A stretch of 52,092 nucleotides of DNA, filler included, from an uncultured Pseudomonadota bacterium (GTDB lineage Bacteria > Babelota > Babeliae > Babelales > JAUPTZ01), in NCBI GenBank assembly GCA_964429275.1. It is 6 parts of 6 records of this genome, joined end to end, with 100 filler letters (N's around TTAATTAATTAA, not from the genome) between each part and the next. Parts side by side here need not be neighbours in the genome. Positions count along the whole stretch, not along the records: positions 18,213 to 30,762 come from CAYSBJ010000004.1; 5 more parts are not named here. One strand, given 5' to 3'. Each line of letters starts with the position of its first letter. The stretch's first letter is position 1. Below, piece after piece: positions 19,480 to 28,406 of this stretch. Position numbers and translations under genes: made by a program. The notes under the pieces were generated by a model. That model was not told the DNA's origin. It saw only the letters and a list, made by a program, of their open reading frames with translations, and did no database searches.

Positions 19480-21198
19480 CTATCCCGCGCGCGCCATCGA
19501 CCGGCGGGGAGCGCATCGCCACTGGCCGCGGATGATCGTGATCAGCGTCTGCGTGCCGTTCGCATAGAGCACGTCGTGCGTCGTGAGCCACGACGACGCC
19601 CCGCGCGCGTAGGCCATCCGGGGTTGGCAGACGCCAACGCGTCGAGCCGGGCCGAGGATGCCGGGCCCGTGCCCGTGACCCGTTGCCGTCTTGACGCCCA
19701 GCTTCGCGTAGCTCCGCAGCGTGCCTCGAGACCCGTCGGTGCCCAGATGCCCGTGTTGCCCGAGCTCGACGCCGTGGAGCGCGAAGGACTCGTCGAGCCG
19801 AAGGAACCGCGCGCGCCCCGCGCCGCGCTGGCGGTAGAGCAGCGCAAAGGCGTCGGGCCACTCGCCGGTGGCCTCGTACTCGTCGAGCACCGCAGCCATC
19901 GTGTCGACGTAGAAGCGCGCGTTGACGGGGTCGCTCCGGTAGTCCACCGACGCGAGCCATCGATCAAAGGCGTCATCGTGGTTCGAGCGCACGACCACGG
20001 GGAGAGCATCCGCGGGCACTGCGTCGACGAAGTCGATCGCGCGCTGCACCTCGGCCTCGACGCTGTCGTTGAGCCGCCCGGTGGCTCGCGCGTAGCGGTC
20101 GGTGAAGCTGTCGCGCGTGTGGTGGTTCCTCGTCGCGAAGTCGAGCGTGTCGTGGAGGACGATGTGCTCGGGGCGCAGCACCGCGGCGATCGAGTCGGTG
20201 CGTCGAAGCGTTGCGTCGATGATCTCCCAATCGGTGACCTCGACGTGCACGTCACCGAGCACGAGCGCCGCCGCGCGGCCCGCGGGACGCACGCCGTCGA
20301 CGGTGTACTCGCGATCGAGGTCGATGAACGAGCCGTCGGGGAGCGCCGTGATCTGCCGGAGGTGGAACAGGTGCGGATCGCGCTCGACGACGCACGCGCC
20401 GATCACGTGCTGCTCGGCGGCCTTCTTCCCCGCCTTCGCCGCGACGTAGTTCGGGACGGTGACCGCGCCCGTCGTCGTGAGGATGCGCGGGAGCTGGTGT
20501 TGCAGCGCCGCGAGCGTCGAGAGCTGGACCTTGGGGTGCCCGAAAATCGCCGAGGACGACCCGCAGAAGTCCTGCATCCCCGACAGCGGGAGGACCGCCG
20601 TGGGCTGGATGCTGATGTCGCCGTAGACGGTGAGCTTCCCGATCGCGAGGCGCCCGGCGAACAAGTACGGGTGGACCTCCTCGGCCCACCAGTCGTCGTG
20701 CTCCATGTTCTCGGTCCACACCGAGGTCGGGTTCTTGTAACGCCCAGGGAGCACGACGAGCCGCGCGTCGTTCTCCTCGCAGTACACGCGGAGCGCCGCG
20801 AGGAAGGCGTGATGCACCGGCGTCGCGTTCTGCGCGTACGTGATCACGTACCGCTCGGCGCGCGCGGGTTCCTCGGTGCGAAGCGGCTGCTCGGGGACGG
20901 GTGTCTTCGTGGGCTTCTCGGGGCGCGTCGCCGAGCCCAACACGGGCGGCCGGATGCGGTCGGTGATCTCGTCGTCGCCGATCGGCGCGCGCGGCACAGC
21001 GGCGAGCGCGGGCGCGTCACCGATGCGGCGCGGCGCAGGGCGCCCGGTCTCGGCCCGGAACTTCTCGCGGCGCGCCTTGCAACGCTCGGCCTCACACTCG
21101 CGACACTCCGAGAGGAGCGAGCGAGGACTGCGTGGACGAAAGCACGCTGCGGGCTTCTCGATCTTGCACGTGCAGCACGTCTTCCGCGCTCCGGTCAC
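19480..21198 (-). CDS. T5 A1-like calcineurin-fold metallo-nuclease with N-terminal zinc finger
   Basis: ITYAQN, QPTAVLPLSG, TGAVTVPNY..KAGKKA, GDVH, HDTLDF..RNHH, SNHD, HGH.G..GSRG, GHGH, GASSW..TH..YANG, collinear with T5 A1 as I recall it; N-terminal CCTC...CREC. Confidence 0.8.
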   Translation of the reverse strand: MTGARKTCCTCKIEKPAACFRPRSPRSLLSECRECEAERCKARREKFRAETGRPAPRRIGDAPALAAVPRAPIGDDEITDRIRPPVLGSATRPEKPTKTPVPEQPLRTEEPARAERYVITYAQNATPVHHAFLAALRVYCEENDARLVVLPGRYKNPTSVWTENMEHDDWWAEEVHPYLFAGRLAIGKLTVYGDISIQPTAVLPLSGMQDFCGSSSAIFGHPKVQLSTLAALQHQLPRILTTTGAVTVPNYVAAKAGKKAAEQHVIGACVVERDPHLFHLRQITALPDGSFIDLDREYTVDGVRPAGRAAALVLGDVHVEVTDWEIIDATLRRTDSIAAVLRPEHIVLHDTLDFATRNHHTRDSFTDRYARATGRLNDSVEAEVQRAIDFVDAVPADALPVVVRSNHDDAFDRWLASVDYRSDPVNARFYVDTMAAVLDEYEATGEWPDAFALLYRQRGAGRARFLRLDESFALHGVELGQHGHLGTDGSRGTLRSYAKLGVKTATGHGHGPGILGPARRVGVCQPRMAYARGASSWLTTHDVLYANGTQTLITIIRGQWRCAPRRSMARAG

Positions 21199-22406
21199 GC
21201 CACCTCCCGAAAAAGAGAGCGCTGCTGCTCGGCGTCGAGACACGCGGGCGAGAACCAGATGCGCTCGCGATGGCGGTTCAGGTTTTTGCCGTCGGTGCGC
21301 TGGCCCCCGTACCCACCGCGCGCCTTCCACGGGACACAGCGCCACTCGGGCGGCATCTCGTGCTCGCCCTCCAGGCCGCACAGCGCGATCCTCATGTTGT
21401 CACGTCGCCCGGCCTCGATCGCCCACGCCCGCACGTCGGCCGAGAGCGATGTGCCGGTGCCGCCCGCGGCATAGTCCATCGAGCCATCGGCGTATGGAGG
21501 ATCGAGAACGACGCCCGTAACTCCGTGTCTCCATGTCACTGCGTCACCGACGACGCGAGACCAGTCACCGCACGCAACGCGAACACCGCGAAGCCGCGCA
21601 GACAGATCGGCGAGATACTCACGGATCAGTTCACCGCGCCCCGCGTCGCCGAGGTGGGGGAGTTTGCGATGCAGCCCCTGCCCCGCGTNNNNNNNNNNNN
21701 NNNNNNNNNNNNNNNNNNNNNNNNNNNNNNNNNNNNNNNNNNNNNNNNNNNNNNNNNNNNNNNNNNNNNNNNNNNNNNNNNNNNNNNNGTCGCCGAGGTG
21801 GGGGAGTTTGCGATGCAGCCCCTGCCCCGCGTTGCCGAGGTGGAAAAGTTGCCGGTTCACACCGCGCCCCGCGTCGCCGAGGTGGGGGAGTTGCCGGTTC
21901 ACACCGCGCCCCGCGTTGCCGAGGTGGGGGAGTTGCGCGCTTGCGCACCACCCTGTCCCGATCCATGAACACAGACCCCAGACCCACCATCCGGCAATCT
22001 TCGTGTCGAAGTAGTCGGCCTCGCTCTTCATGCGCTCGCGAAACTCGGCGCGATCAACGAGCCACTGATGACGCGCGTGCAGGTCGGCCTCGTTGACCGG
22101 CCAGTCCGCGTGATGCGCGACCGCGTCCGAGTCTGCCGCGAGCGCACGCCAGAAGTTCGCGAGGTAGCAATCGGCGTCGTTGACCGTCTCAGTCTTCGGC
22201 GGGGTCGGACGCGAGAGGAGAACAGCGAGCGAACCGGCGAATGGCTCGACATAGTTCGCAACGTCGCCGAATGCGCGCCAGATGAGCGGCGCCGCGCGGC
22301 TCTTGCCGCCGAACCAGGGGAATGGCGCCTTCAACGTCTCGGTCACGCACTCACTCTGCCGATCTTCGATTGCGCGCACGGGCTCTGCTTGTCGCTTTCG
22401 TTTCAT
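21195..22406 (-). CDS. Dam-like (D12 class) DNA adenine methyltransferase with internal repeats; spans an N gap
   Basis: PFPWFGGKSR, YVEPFAGS, ETVND, DPPY catalytic motif. Confidence 0.9.
   Translation of the reverse strand: MKRKRQAEPVRAIEDRQSECVTETLKAPFPWFGGKSRAAPLIWRAFGDVANYVEPFAGSLAVLLSRPTPPKTETVNDADCYLANFWRALAADSDAVAHHADWPVNEADLHARHQWLVDRAEFRERMKSEADYFDTKIAGWWVWGLCSWIGTGWCASAQLPHLGNAGRGVNRQLPHLGDAGRGVNRQLFHLGNAGQGLHRKLPHLGDXXXXXXXXXXXXXXXXXXXXXXXXXXXXXXXXXXAGQGLHRKLPHLGDAGRGELIREYLADLSARLRGVRVACGDWSRVVGDAVTWRHGVTGVVLDPPYADGSMDYAAGGTGTSLSADVRAWAIEAGRRDNMRIALCGLEGEHEMPPEWRCVPWKARGGYGGQRTDGKNLNRHRERIWFSPACLDAEQQRSLFREVA
21632..21935 (-). repeat. 42-bp (14-aa) coding tandem repeat inside the methyltransferase
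   Basis: Units LPHLGNAGRGVNRQ, LPHLGDAGRGVNRQ, LFHLGNAGQGLHRK, LPHLGDAG...; a 100-N gap (21689-21788) lies within the array. Confidence 0.9.
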
Positions 22407-22834
22407 CCAAACCTCGGGGGCATCGGGAGCCCGGGAGCGAGGCGCAGCGCGATCCACCAGACGATGTGCTCCTCTGCCTCGCTGAAGGCCTTGTCGAGCG
22501 CCTTCATCGTCTGCTTCCCGACGACGGCGCCCGCGATCGCGAGCGCCTCGGAGAAGCGCTCGGCGGGGAGGTGGCACAGCTCATGGGTCCCCAGCAGGCG
22601 TTGTCGCTCCGGGGGCTCTCGCCAGTACCGCGGGTGCGCGCGCACCGTGGCCCGCTGCGCGTAGTCGATGGTGATCGTGATGAAGACGTCGTGATCGTCT
22701 TCGTCGGCCTCGGGTTCGGGAGAGACGACGATCGTCCAGTCGCCGAGGCCGATGAGGCCCGCGAGCAGCCGAAGGTACGACTCGAGCGCGGCGATCTGCT
22801 CGGGGGTCGCGGGCGTGGGCGGTGCTTCGGTCAC
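22403..22834 (-). CDS. Small HEXXH zincin-like protein
   Basis: GTG start overlapping the upstream stop; L.L.DW.I motif and THELCHL. Confidence 0.65.
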   Translation of the reverse strand: MTEAPPTPATPEQIAALESYLRLLAGLIGLGDWTIVVSPEPEADEDDHDVFITITIDYAQRATVRAHPRYWREPPERQRLLGTHELCHLPAERFSEALAIAGAVVGKQTMKALDKAFSEAEEHIVWWIALRLAPGLPMPPRFG

Positions 22835-23100
22835 GGCTTCACCTCCGCGAGCGCGTCGCGCTCGGCCTTCAGCTTGTAGACCATCGCGCGGAACCGTCGG
22901 CCCTCGGCCTCGGAGATCTCCGCGAGCTTCGTGATCTTGGTGATGCGCTCGTCGAGCTTGCGCACGCGAAAAGCGCGCACCGCGGCTCGCGTCGTCGTCG
23001 GCGCCCCGAGGCAGAGATGGCACGGCGAGCCGTCGTCGGTGACGGTCCAGACGCCCGCGCAGGTTGGACACAGGATGGGCTCGCGATCGAGGTCGGCCAT
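22831..23100 (-). CDS. Small zinc-finger protein
   Basis: GAGG RBS, ATG at 23100; CPTC...CHLC followed by a coiled coil. Confidence 0.6.
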   Translation of the reverse strand: MADLDREPILCPTCAGVWTVTDDGSPCHLCLGAPTTTRAAVRAFRVRKLDERITKITKLAEISEAEGRRFRAMVYKLKAERDALAEVKP

Positions 23101-23152
23101 GGTCACCTCATCCGTGCGTCGAGGGGGCAAGCGTTCGGTGTTCGGTCGATCG

Positions 23153-23830
23153 TCAGTCCGGCGACGCTCGGGCGCGGACCCACGCGGCATCGCGCTCGGT
23201 GATCACGCGACCGAAGGTCGGCGCGCCAGGCTTCGGGCTCTCGATGTCGGCCATCACCGATCGCGGCAGGTCGTCATCCGCGAGCCCGAGCACATGCCCG
23301 AGCTCGTGGAGCGCGACCGCGCGCATCACCGCTTCGCTTCGGGGCTCCCCGTCGAGCGCGATGCGCACGACACCGTAGCCGATCGCGCACGTGTCCTCGC
23401 GCCAGCGCAGTCGAGCGATCGCGTCGCCGTCGTCGGCGCCGGTGGTGGCCGGTGAGGCGAGCATCCCGAGCGCGTCACCCGCGACAACGAGGACGTGTCC
23501 CGCGGGCTCGAGTCCCTCCCCCGCGAGCGCGCTCGCGAAGGTCGTCCACGCCGAGGGCTGTGCATCCTCGACGCGGAGCACCTCGCGCCCCGCGACGTGG
23601 CTCCATGCGAACGAGGCCTCGCGCAGCGCCGGAGCCCACTCCGCTGCGGACTCGTCGACGAGCACGACGGCGGGAAGCCGCGAACTCGGCCAGTGCAGCT
23701 CACCACACGGCTTCTCGATCGCCCCGTGGTCGGCGCCCGGGCGCGCGACGTTGAGCCCGAGGATGATGCCCGCGAGCATGAGGGCGCCGCCGAGGCAGAG
23801 GAGAAACGTCCGCGAGAAATGGATACGCAT
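23153..23830 (-). CDS. Membrane-anchored matrixin-like metalloprotease
   Basis: N-terminal TM, W...P, A...W, HELGHVLGLAD and Met-turn SVM. Confidence 0.75.
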   Translation of the reverse strand: MRIHFSRTFLLCLGGALMLAGIILGLNVARPGADHGAIEKPCGELHWPSSRLPAVVLVDESAAEWAPALREASFAWSHVAGREVLRVEDAQPSAWTTFASALAGEGLEPAGHVLVVAGDALGMLASPATTGADDGDAIARLRWREDTCAIGYGVVRIALDGEPRSEAVMRAVALHELGHVLGLADDDLPRSVMADIESPKPGAPTFGRVITERDAAWVRARASPD

Positions 23831-24072
23831 CACGACTCCTCGGGCGGCGGGAGCGGGCTCTGTTTCAGGAAGGCGGCGACGCCGTTCACGGCGCCGACGA
23901 GGGCCATCACCGCCGCGAGCTGCGCCATCTTCGCGAGGCCCGCGTCGAGGTTGAAGACCTCGGGCGCGATCATGTTCGCACCGAGGCTCGCTGTGATGGC
24001 GCCCGAGCCACCCGAGATGAACGCCGCGACCAGACCGCGGATCCAGACCTGTGCCTTGCTGACCTTCGCCAT
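23830..24072 (-). CDS. Holin-like small membrane protein
   Basis: 80 aa, two hydrophobic segments, LKQSPLP tail, near the lysin gene. Confidence 0.5.
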   Translation of the reverse strand: MAKVSKAQVWIRGLVAAFISGGSGAITASLGANMIAPEVFNLDAGLAKMAQLAAVMALVGAVNGVAAFLKQSPLPPPEES

Positions 24073-24075
24073 CGT

Positions 24076-24507
24076 TCACTTCCCTCCGAGCGCGCCGAGC
24101 GCCCACTCGACGATCTTCGCCACCGCCGCGCCGCCGACAGCGGCGAGCGGGGCCCACGACTTCACAGCCTCCCAGCGCTTCGACGCCGCGGCCTCGCGCG
24201 CCATCTCGACCTGCGCGATCTCCGACGGCACCGGCGCAGGGAGCGCGGGCACCGGGATCGGGGCGGGCTTCGATTCTTCGCGCCGCGTCTTCTCCCGGTC
24301 TTCGAGCACGGCGATGCGAGTCTTCAGTCCCGCCGCCTTGCCCGTGTCGCTCCCGTTGATCGCGGTCGCGAGAGCCTGGACGTTGCGCTCGACCGCGTCG
24401 AGCCGCGTGCCCTGCTGAGCCTGCGTGAGCGCGACCTCGTCGATCGACTCGCTGATGTGCTCCAGCGCCTCGCGCACGCGCTCCAGGTCCTCGTCCCGCT
24501 CACCCAC
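24076..24507 (-). CDS. Coiled-coil protein with C-terminal hydrophobic segment (lysis-cassette type)
   Basis: Heptad pattern, GLKTRIAVLE, C-terminal hydrophobic helix. Confidence 0.6.
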   Translation of the reverse strand: MGERDEDLERVREALEHISESIDEVALTQAQQGTRLDAVERNVQALATAINGSDTGKAAGLKTRIAVLEDREKTRREESKPAPIPVPALPAPVPSEIAQVEMAREAAASKRWEAVKSWAPLAAVGGAAVAKIVEWALGALGGK

Positions 24508-24958
24508 GTCGCCCCCCGATCTCTCGCGTCACCGCGCGGGCCATCGCCACCCGGATCCGAGCTCGGATCTCGGGCCCCGCGAGGAGCACCGGGCGCCGCG
24601 TCGCGCGGACGATCTGCTCCGCCTCGTTGTCGTCGCGCACCACGATCGCGTCGGGGCCGCGGGACTCGACGGTGAGCCGCACGAGCAGCTCCTCGACCGA
24701 CGCGAAGGCCTCGGCCGCGGCGCCGAGACGAAGCGGCTCGGGCACGTCGCCGACGCACCACACGCGCATCAGCGACAGCCCGCCCGACTGCGCCCTCGCC
24801 GACGACTCGAGCGAGCGGAGTACGCGCGCCCGAGGCGGAGGGGTGATCTCACCGGTGAGCAGCCGACGGAGCGACAGCGCCGTCGACGTCACCATCTCGG
24901 CGACGACCTCCATGGGGCGCGCCGGGTGGCTCTCGGCGGTCGAGACGCGGGCGATCAT
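24500..24958 (-). CDS. Hypothetical phage protein
   Basis: ATGA-coupled to the lysin stop, GGAGG RBS. Confidence 0.55.
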   Translation of the reverse strand: MIARVSTAESHPARPMEVVAEMVTSTALSLRRLLTGEITPPPRARVLRSLESSARAQSGGLSLMRVWCVGDVPEPLRLGAAAEAFASVEELLVRLTVESRGPDAIVVRDDNEAEQIVRATRRPVLLAGPEIRARIRVAMARAVTREIGGRRG

Positions 24959-25470
24959 GCAGCCTCCTTCACGATGTCTGGGTTCGCGGCTTTGAAGGGC
25001 AGCCACGTCTCGGGGTCGCGCTGAATGCGGATGCGGACGTTCTCTCCGCGCGCCCTCGCCTCGTCGATCACCGCGTAGACGAGCTCGGTCGCGGCCGGGC
25101 TGTCGAACACCTCGTCGATACCGGCGCGCAGGCCCGGGAGCGGACAGCCCTCGGTGTGCTCGGCGCGCGCGCCCCGGTGGATGCGGATCCCCGAGAAGCC
25201 GGGCACGCCCACGATCGCGGGCATGGGTCGGCCGAACTTCGGGGAGAAGGTCACCACAATCGGATACTCGCCCACCGGGATCGCGGTCGCACCCTTCACC
25301 TTGCGGCGGAGGATCTCCTTCTCCCCCATCCGCGCCGCGAGCCCGCGATCGACGTCCTCGAGCACGGCCGGCACAAGCGGGCGCGTCTCGCCGTTTCGCG
25401 TGATGGTCCACGGGGAGATCGTCGACAGCGGCGTGAAGATGCTGCGGGTCGCGGTGAGGAGCACGGTCAT
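24955..25470 (-). CDS. DUF5675-family protein, putative endolysin
   Basis: LED.DRGL, TAIP.GEY, SPKFGR.MP...VPGFSGIRIH.G...HTEGC.L.G signature; ATG at 25470 overlaps the upstream stop. Confidence 0.8.
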   Translation of the reverse strand: MTVLLTATRSIFTPLSTISPWTITRNGETRPLVPAVLEDVDRGLAARMGEKEILRRKVKGATAIPVGEYPIVVTFSPKFGRPMPAIVGVPGFSGIRIHRGARAEHTEGCPLPGLRAGIDEVFDSPAATELVYAVIDEARARGENVRIRIQRDPETWLPFKAANPDIVKEAA

Positions 25471-28406
25471 GGGACCACCGCCTGGAACGTGGTCCCGCCG
25501 AAGCCCGCCAGGTGACGCAGGGTCCCCGACCCGTAGTCGGCCAGGGTTCCGTTCAGCGGGTAGTGCGTCACTGGCGCGCCCAGCGTCGTCGTCGCGGGAT
25601 CGATGGCATCGCCGGCGCCGAAGAGCTCGGTCACCTGCGACGGCGTCGCGGCCTGTCTCCACATGGCGATGTCGCGCATGTTGCACGAGCCCAGCGCCGA
25701 CGCGCGGTTCGCCGACGCGCCGACCGACAGCTCCACCGCAGCGCCCGTGGTGAGCGCCGTCGGCCAGGCGGGCGTCGTGGTGAGCGCCGTCGACACTCCG
25801 TCGATGTAGACGCGCACGCGGTCGGCCACCGTGCCCTGCGAGCCGTCGAACACGACGACGACGTGATGCCACGGCCCTCCGGTCCACACGAGCGTGTTCG
25901 TGTTCGTCGACGCATTGACGATCGTCGTCAAATTCGTCGCCACGTAGACCGTGAGCGACGACGGAGCGACACGGATGTCGAACTGTCGATGCGAGGCGCG
26001 ATTTTTCGCCAGCACTGCGAACGTGTTTCCGGGCGCGCTGTCTCGCTTCAGCCAGAACGAGATGGTGGCTGCGGTCGCGCCGTCGAGCGCCGCCCACTCG
26101 GCGTTCCTCGCGTAGGCGCTCGTCGAGGGGAACCGGAGAGACTGCGTCGCGCCCCACGCCGGCCGCGTCGCCCCCGATGCCGTCACCGACGAGATCGCGA
26201 GCTCTTGCACCGCCAACCAGTTGCGCAGCGGCGTCGAGGATGAGCGCGACGGCGAAGGATCCGAGTCCCGCACGTTCGTCCCCGGGCCGATCCCTGTCGA
26301 TCCCACGGCGACGGCAGGCGGGGCGGTGAGCCCAGCGCGCACGCGCGGGTTCGAGCCCAGCGCGGCCACGTCGCGATCGAGCGTCAGCGTGATCGTGCGC
26401 CCCGAGACCGCGACGCCGGTGATCACGCCGGGCGCGCCGCTGTCGTCGACGTACTCGAAGCCGCGCATGTGACGCTCGACCATCAGCGACGTGTCGACCG
26501 CGAGATCCGACCCGTCACCGCCCGCGACCGTGATCGTGATGGTCGGGCCCACCGCGGTCGCGCTCGCCATGTGCAGCGGGAGCCACGGCTGGCCGTCGAC
26601 GACCACGCGCTTGACGACCTTGCCGAGATACTCGCCAAGCCGGCGCGATCCTTCGTTCGTGTGGTGCACGTCGAGACCGCCGCCCTGGATGGGCAGGTGG
26701 TAGTTGGGCCCGACCATGAAGATCCGCGTCGGGTTCGCGAGCGCCGCGGCGAGCTGGCCGAGTGCCGACGTGCTGCGATAGCGCACGCTCGCGTAGTGCG
26801 GCCACGCCGCGACCTGCGAGTAGATCAACGGCACGATCGGACCGGCCGATGGGAAGCGCGCGAGCGCGTCCGCTTCGACGTCGGCCTGGAGATCGACCAT
26901 GTACCCCGCGTACGTCGCCGCGGCGACGCCGTTGTTGTCGTCGGCCTCGCCGTGGACCCACACGGAGACGGCTTTTGTCGGCTGATTCGTGCGCGCGGTG
27001 CCGATCGCCGTCATCGCGGAGAGCATCGACGTGTACGTTGCCGTGCCCTTCTCGAGCGTCGAATAGGGCTGTCCTCCGACGGCCCAGTTGTCGGCCACCG
27101 AGTTCATCCCTCCGAACTGCGCGACGTAGTTCGCCATCGCGCTCACCGGGGTCTCGTTGGTGGCCTCGACCAGCGGATCGAAGTCGCTCTGCGCGCGGTC
27201 CCACCGCACGGAGGCGTAGGGCTGCGTCAGCGACAGCACCGGCGTCATGCTGGAACCCGCCATGTTCGACTGGCCGCCGGCCGAGATGTAGAGCGCCGCG
27301 GTCCGCGCCGAGGGCGACGCCGTGTGCAGCGGGCTCGAGGCCGACAGCACGGTGCCGTCCGATGCGGTCCCGCCCGCGAAGCTCTTCCACACGTCGGCCG
27401 CCGCGTTGGCGAAGTCGGGGATGATGTGACTCGCGCCCGACGGTCGCACGAGGCGCGGCTGTTCGCCGGCCGCGAGCCACGACGCGAGCACGTACCGGCC
27501 GATCGCCTCCTCGGCGCCGACTGCGCTGGCTCCGTGGATTCCGACCACGCGGGTCCGCGGGAAGTAGCGCGTCGCGCCCGTGCCGAGCAGCCCGACGCCG
27601 CGCCAGTCGACGGGGCCGCCGCCGCGCTGGAGCTCGCAGCTCGTGCGCCCATCGTTCCACGTGGTGTCGAGGAATCCGCGGCCGATCGAGCCGCTTGCGA
27701 TCGTGCACGCGCCGCCCGCGTTGGCCTTCCAGGTCGGGCAGAGCGCGGCCCACGCGGGATCGAGATCGCCCATGCAGCCCTCCTGAAGCAGCGAGATCGG
27801 AGGGCCTCCTGAGATGGCTGCGGTGTCGACGAAGTCTCCGACGCCGTACCACGCGAGCGCGTACGCGACGCCCGCGCCGCCGCCGCTCTGCCCGCTGACC
27901 TCGAAGCGCGTCGATGCGTCGGCCGGATAGAGGTCGGTCGTGTCGCGGATCGCGCGAAGCACGGTGGCGTACCGGCACCCGAGCGCGCGGGGCCCGTCGG
28001 GCAGAGAGTCGCCGCCGTAGCTCGACGAACTCGGCGAGCCGAGCCACGCGCCGTTGCCCGAGCCCGCCGCGAAGAGGACCTGAACGACGCGACGATTCGC
28101 CGCGAGCGCGGGCGTGATGACCTCGGCCGTGCCGTGCGTGGTCGACTCGTACGCACCGCTCGAGCCGCCGCCCATGAAGAGCACGAGCGTGCCCGTCGCG
28201 GTCGATCCTGGCTCGGTGACTTTCAGGCTGGCGGTGATGCGGTCGACGCCCGGGCACACGATCGTGGCGAGCCGGCACGAGCTCGTTGTGACTGAGCCGC
28301 CGCACGTGCCACCGGTGGGCGCGATCGTGGCGAAGCCCGTCGGGAGCGCTGCGCTCGCGACCGACGAGACGAGCAGAGAGAGAGCGACGACGAGCGCGCG
28401 GATCAT
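25467..28406 (-). CDS. Multidomain protein: signal peptide + alpha/beta hydrolase + SGNH O-acetylesterase + LamG/ConA lectin
   Basis: MIRALVVALSLLVSSVASA; GQSGG elbow; GQSNM...HGEAD...DVHH; TISFW...WHHVVVVFDG...VYIDG...DIAMW. Confidence 0.8.
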   Translation of the reverse strand: MIRALVVALSLLVSSVASAALPTGFATIAPTGGTCGGSVTTSSCRLATIVCPGVDRITASLKVTEPGSTATGTLVLFMGGGSSGAYESTTHGTAEVITPALAANRRVVQVLFAAGSGNGAWLGSPSSSSYGGDSLPDGPRALGCRYATVLRAIRDTTDLYPADASTRFEVSGQSGGGAGVAYALAWYGVGDFVDTAAISGGPPISLLQEGCMGDLDPAWAALCPTWKANAGGACTIASGSIGRGFLDTTWNDGRTSCELQRGGGPVDWRGVGLLGTGATRYFPRTRVVGIHGASAVGAEEAIGRYVLASWLAAGEQPRLVRPSGASHIIPDFANAAADVWKSFAGGTASDGTVLSASSPLHTASPSARTAALYISAGGQSNMAGSSMTPVLSLTQPYASVRWDRAQSDFDPLVEATNETPVSAMANYVAQFGGMNSVADNWAVGGQPYSTLEKGTATYTSMLSAMTAIGTARTNQPTKAVSVWVHGEADDNNGVAAATYAGYMVDLQADVEADALARFPSAGPIVPLIYSQVAAWPHYASVRYRSTSALGQLAAALANPTRIFMVGPNYHLPIQGGGLDVHHTNEGSRRLGEYLGKVVKRVVVDGQPWLPLHMASATAVGPTITITVAGGDGSDLAVDTSLMVERHMRGFEYVDDSGAPGVITGVAVSGRTITLTLDRDVAALGSNPRVRAGLTAPPAVAVGSTGIGPGTNVRDSDPSPSRSSSTPLRNWLAVQELAISSVTASGATRPAWGATQSLRFPSTSAYARNAEWAALDGATAATISFWLKRDSAPGNTFAVLAKNRASHRQFDIRVAPSSLTVYVATNLTTIVNASTNTNTLVWTGGPWHHVVVVFDGSQGTVADRVRVYIDGVSTALTTTPAWPTALTTGAAVELSVGASANRASALGSCNMRDIAMWRQAATPSQVTELFGAGDAIDPATTTLGAPVTHYPLNGTLADYGSGTLRHLAGFGGTTFQAVVP

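Noticed and set aside
19369..21474. 701-aa plus-strand ORF and the many other long Arg/Ala/Pro-rich overlapping ORFs in the GC-rich contigs
   Set aside because: Shadow frames caused by stop-codon scarcity at high GC; the opposite strand holds motif-bearing, coupled genes.
21632..21935. 42-bp repeats as a CRISPR array or DGR template/variable repeat
   Set aside because: Units abut with no unique spacers, stay in frame inside a CDS, and no cas or reverse transcriptase gene is visible.
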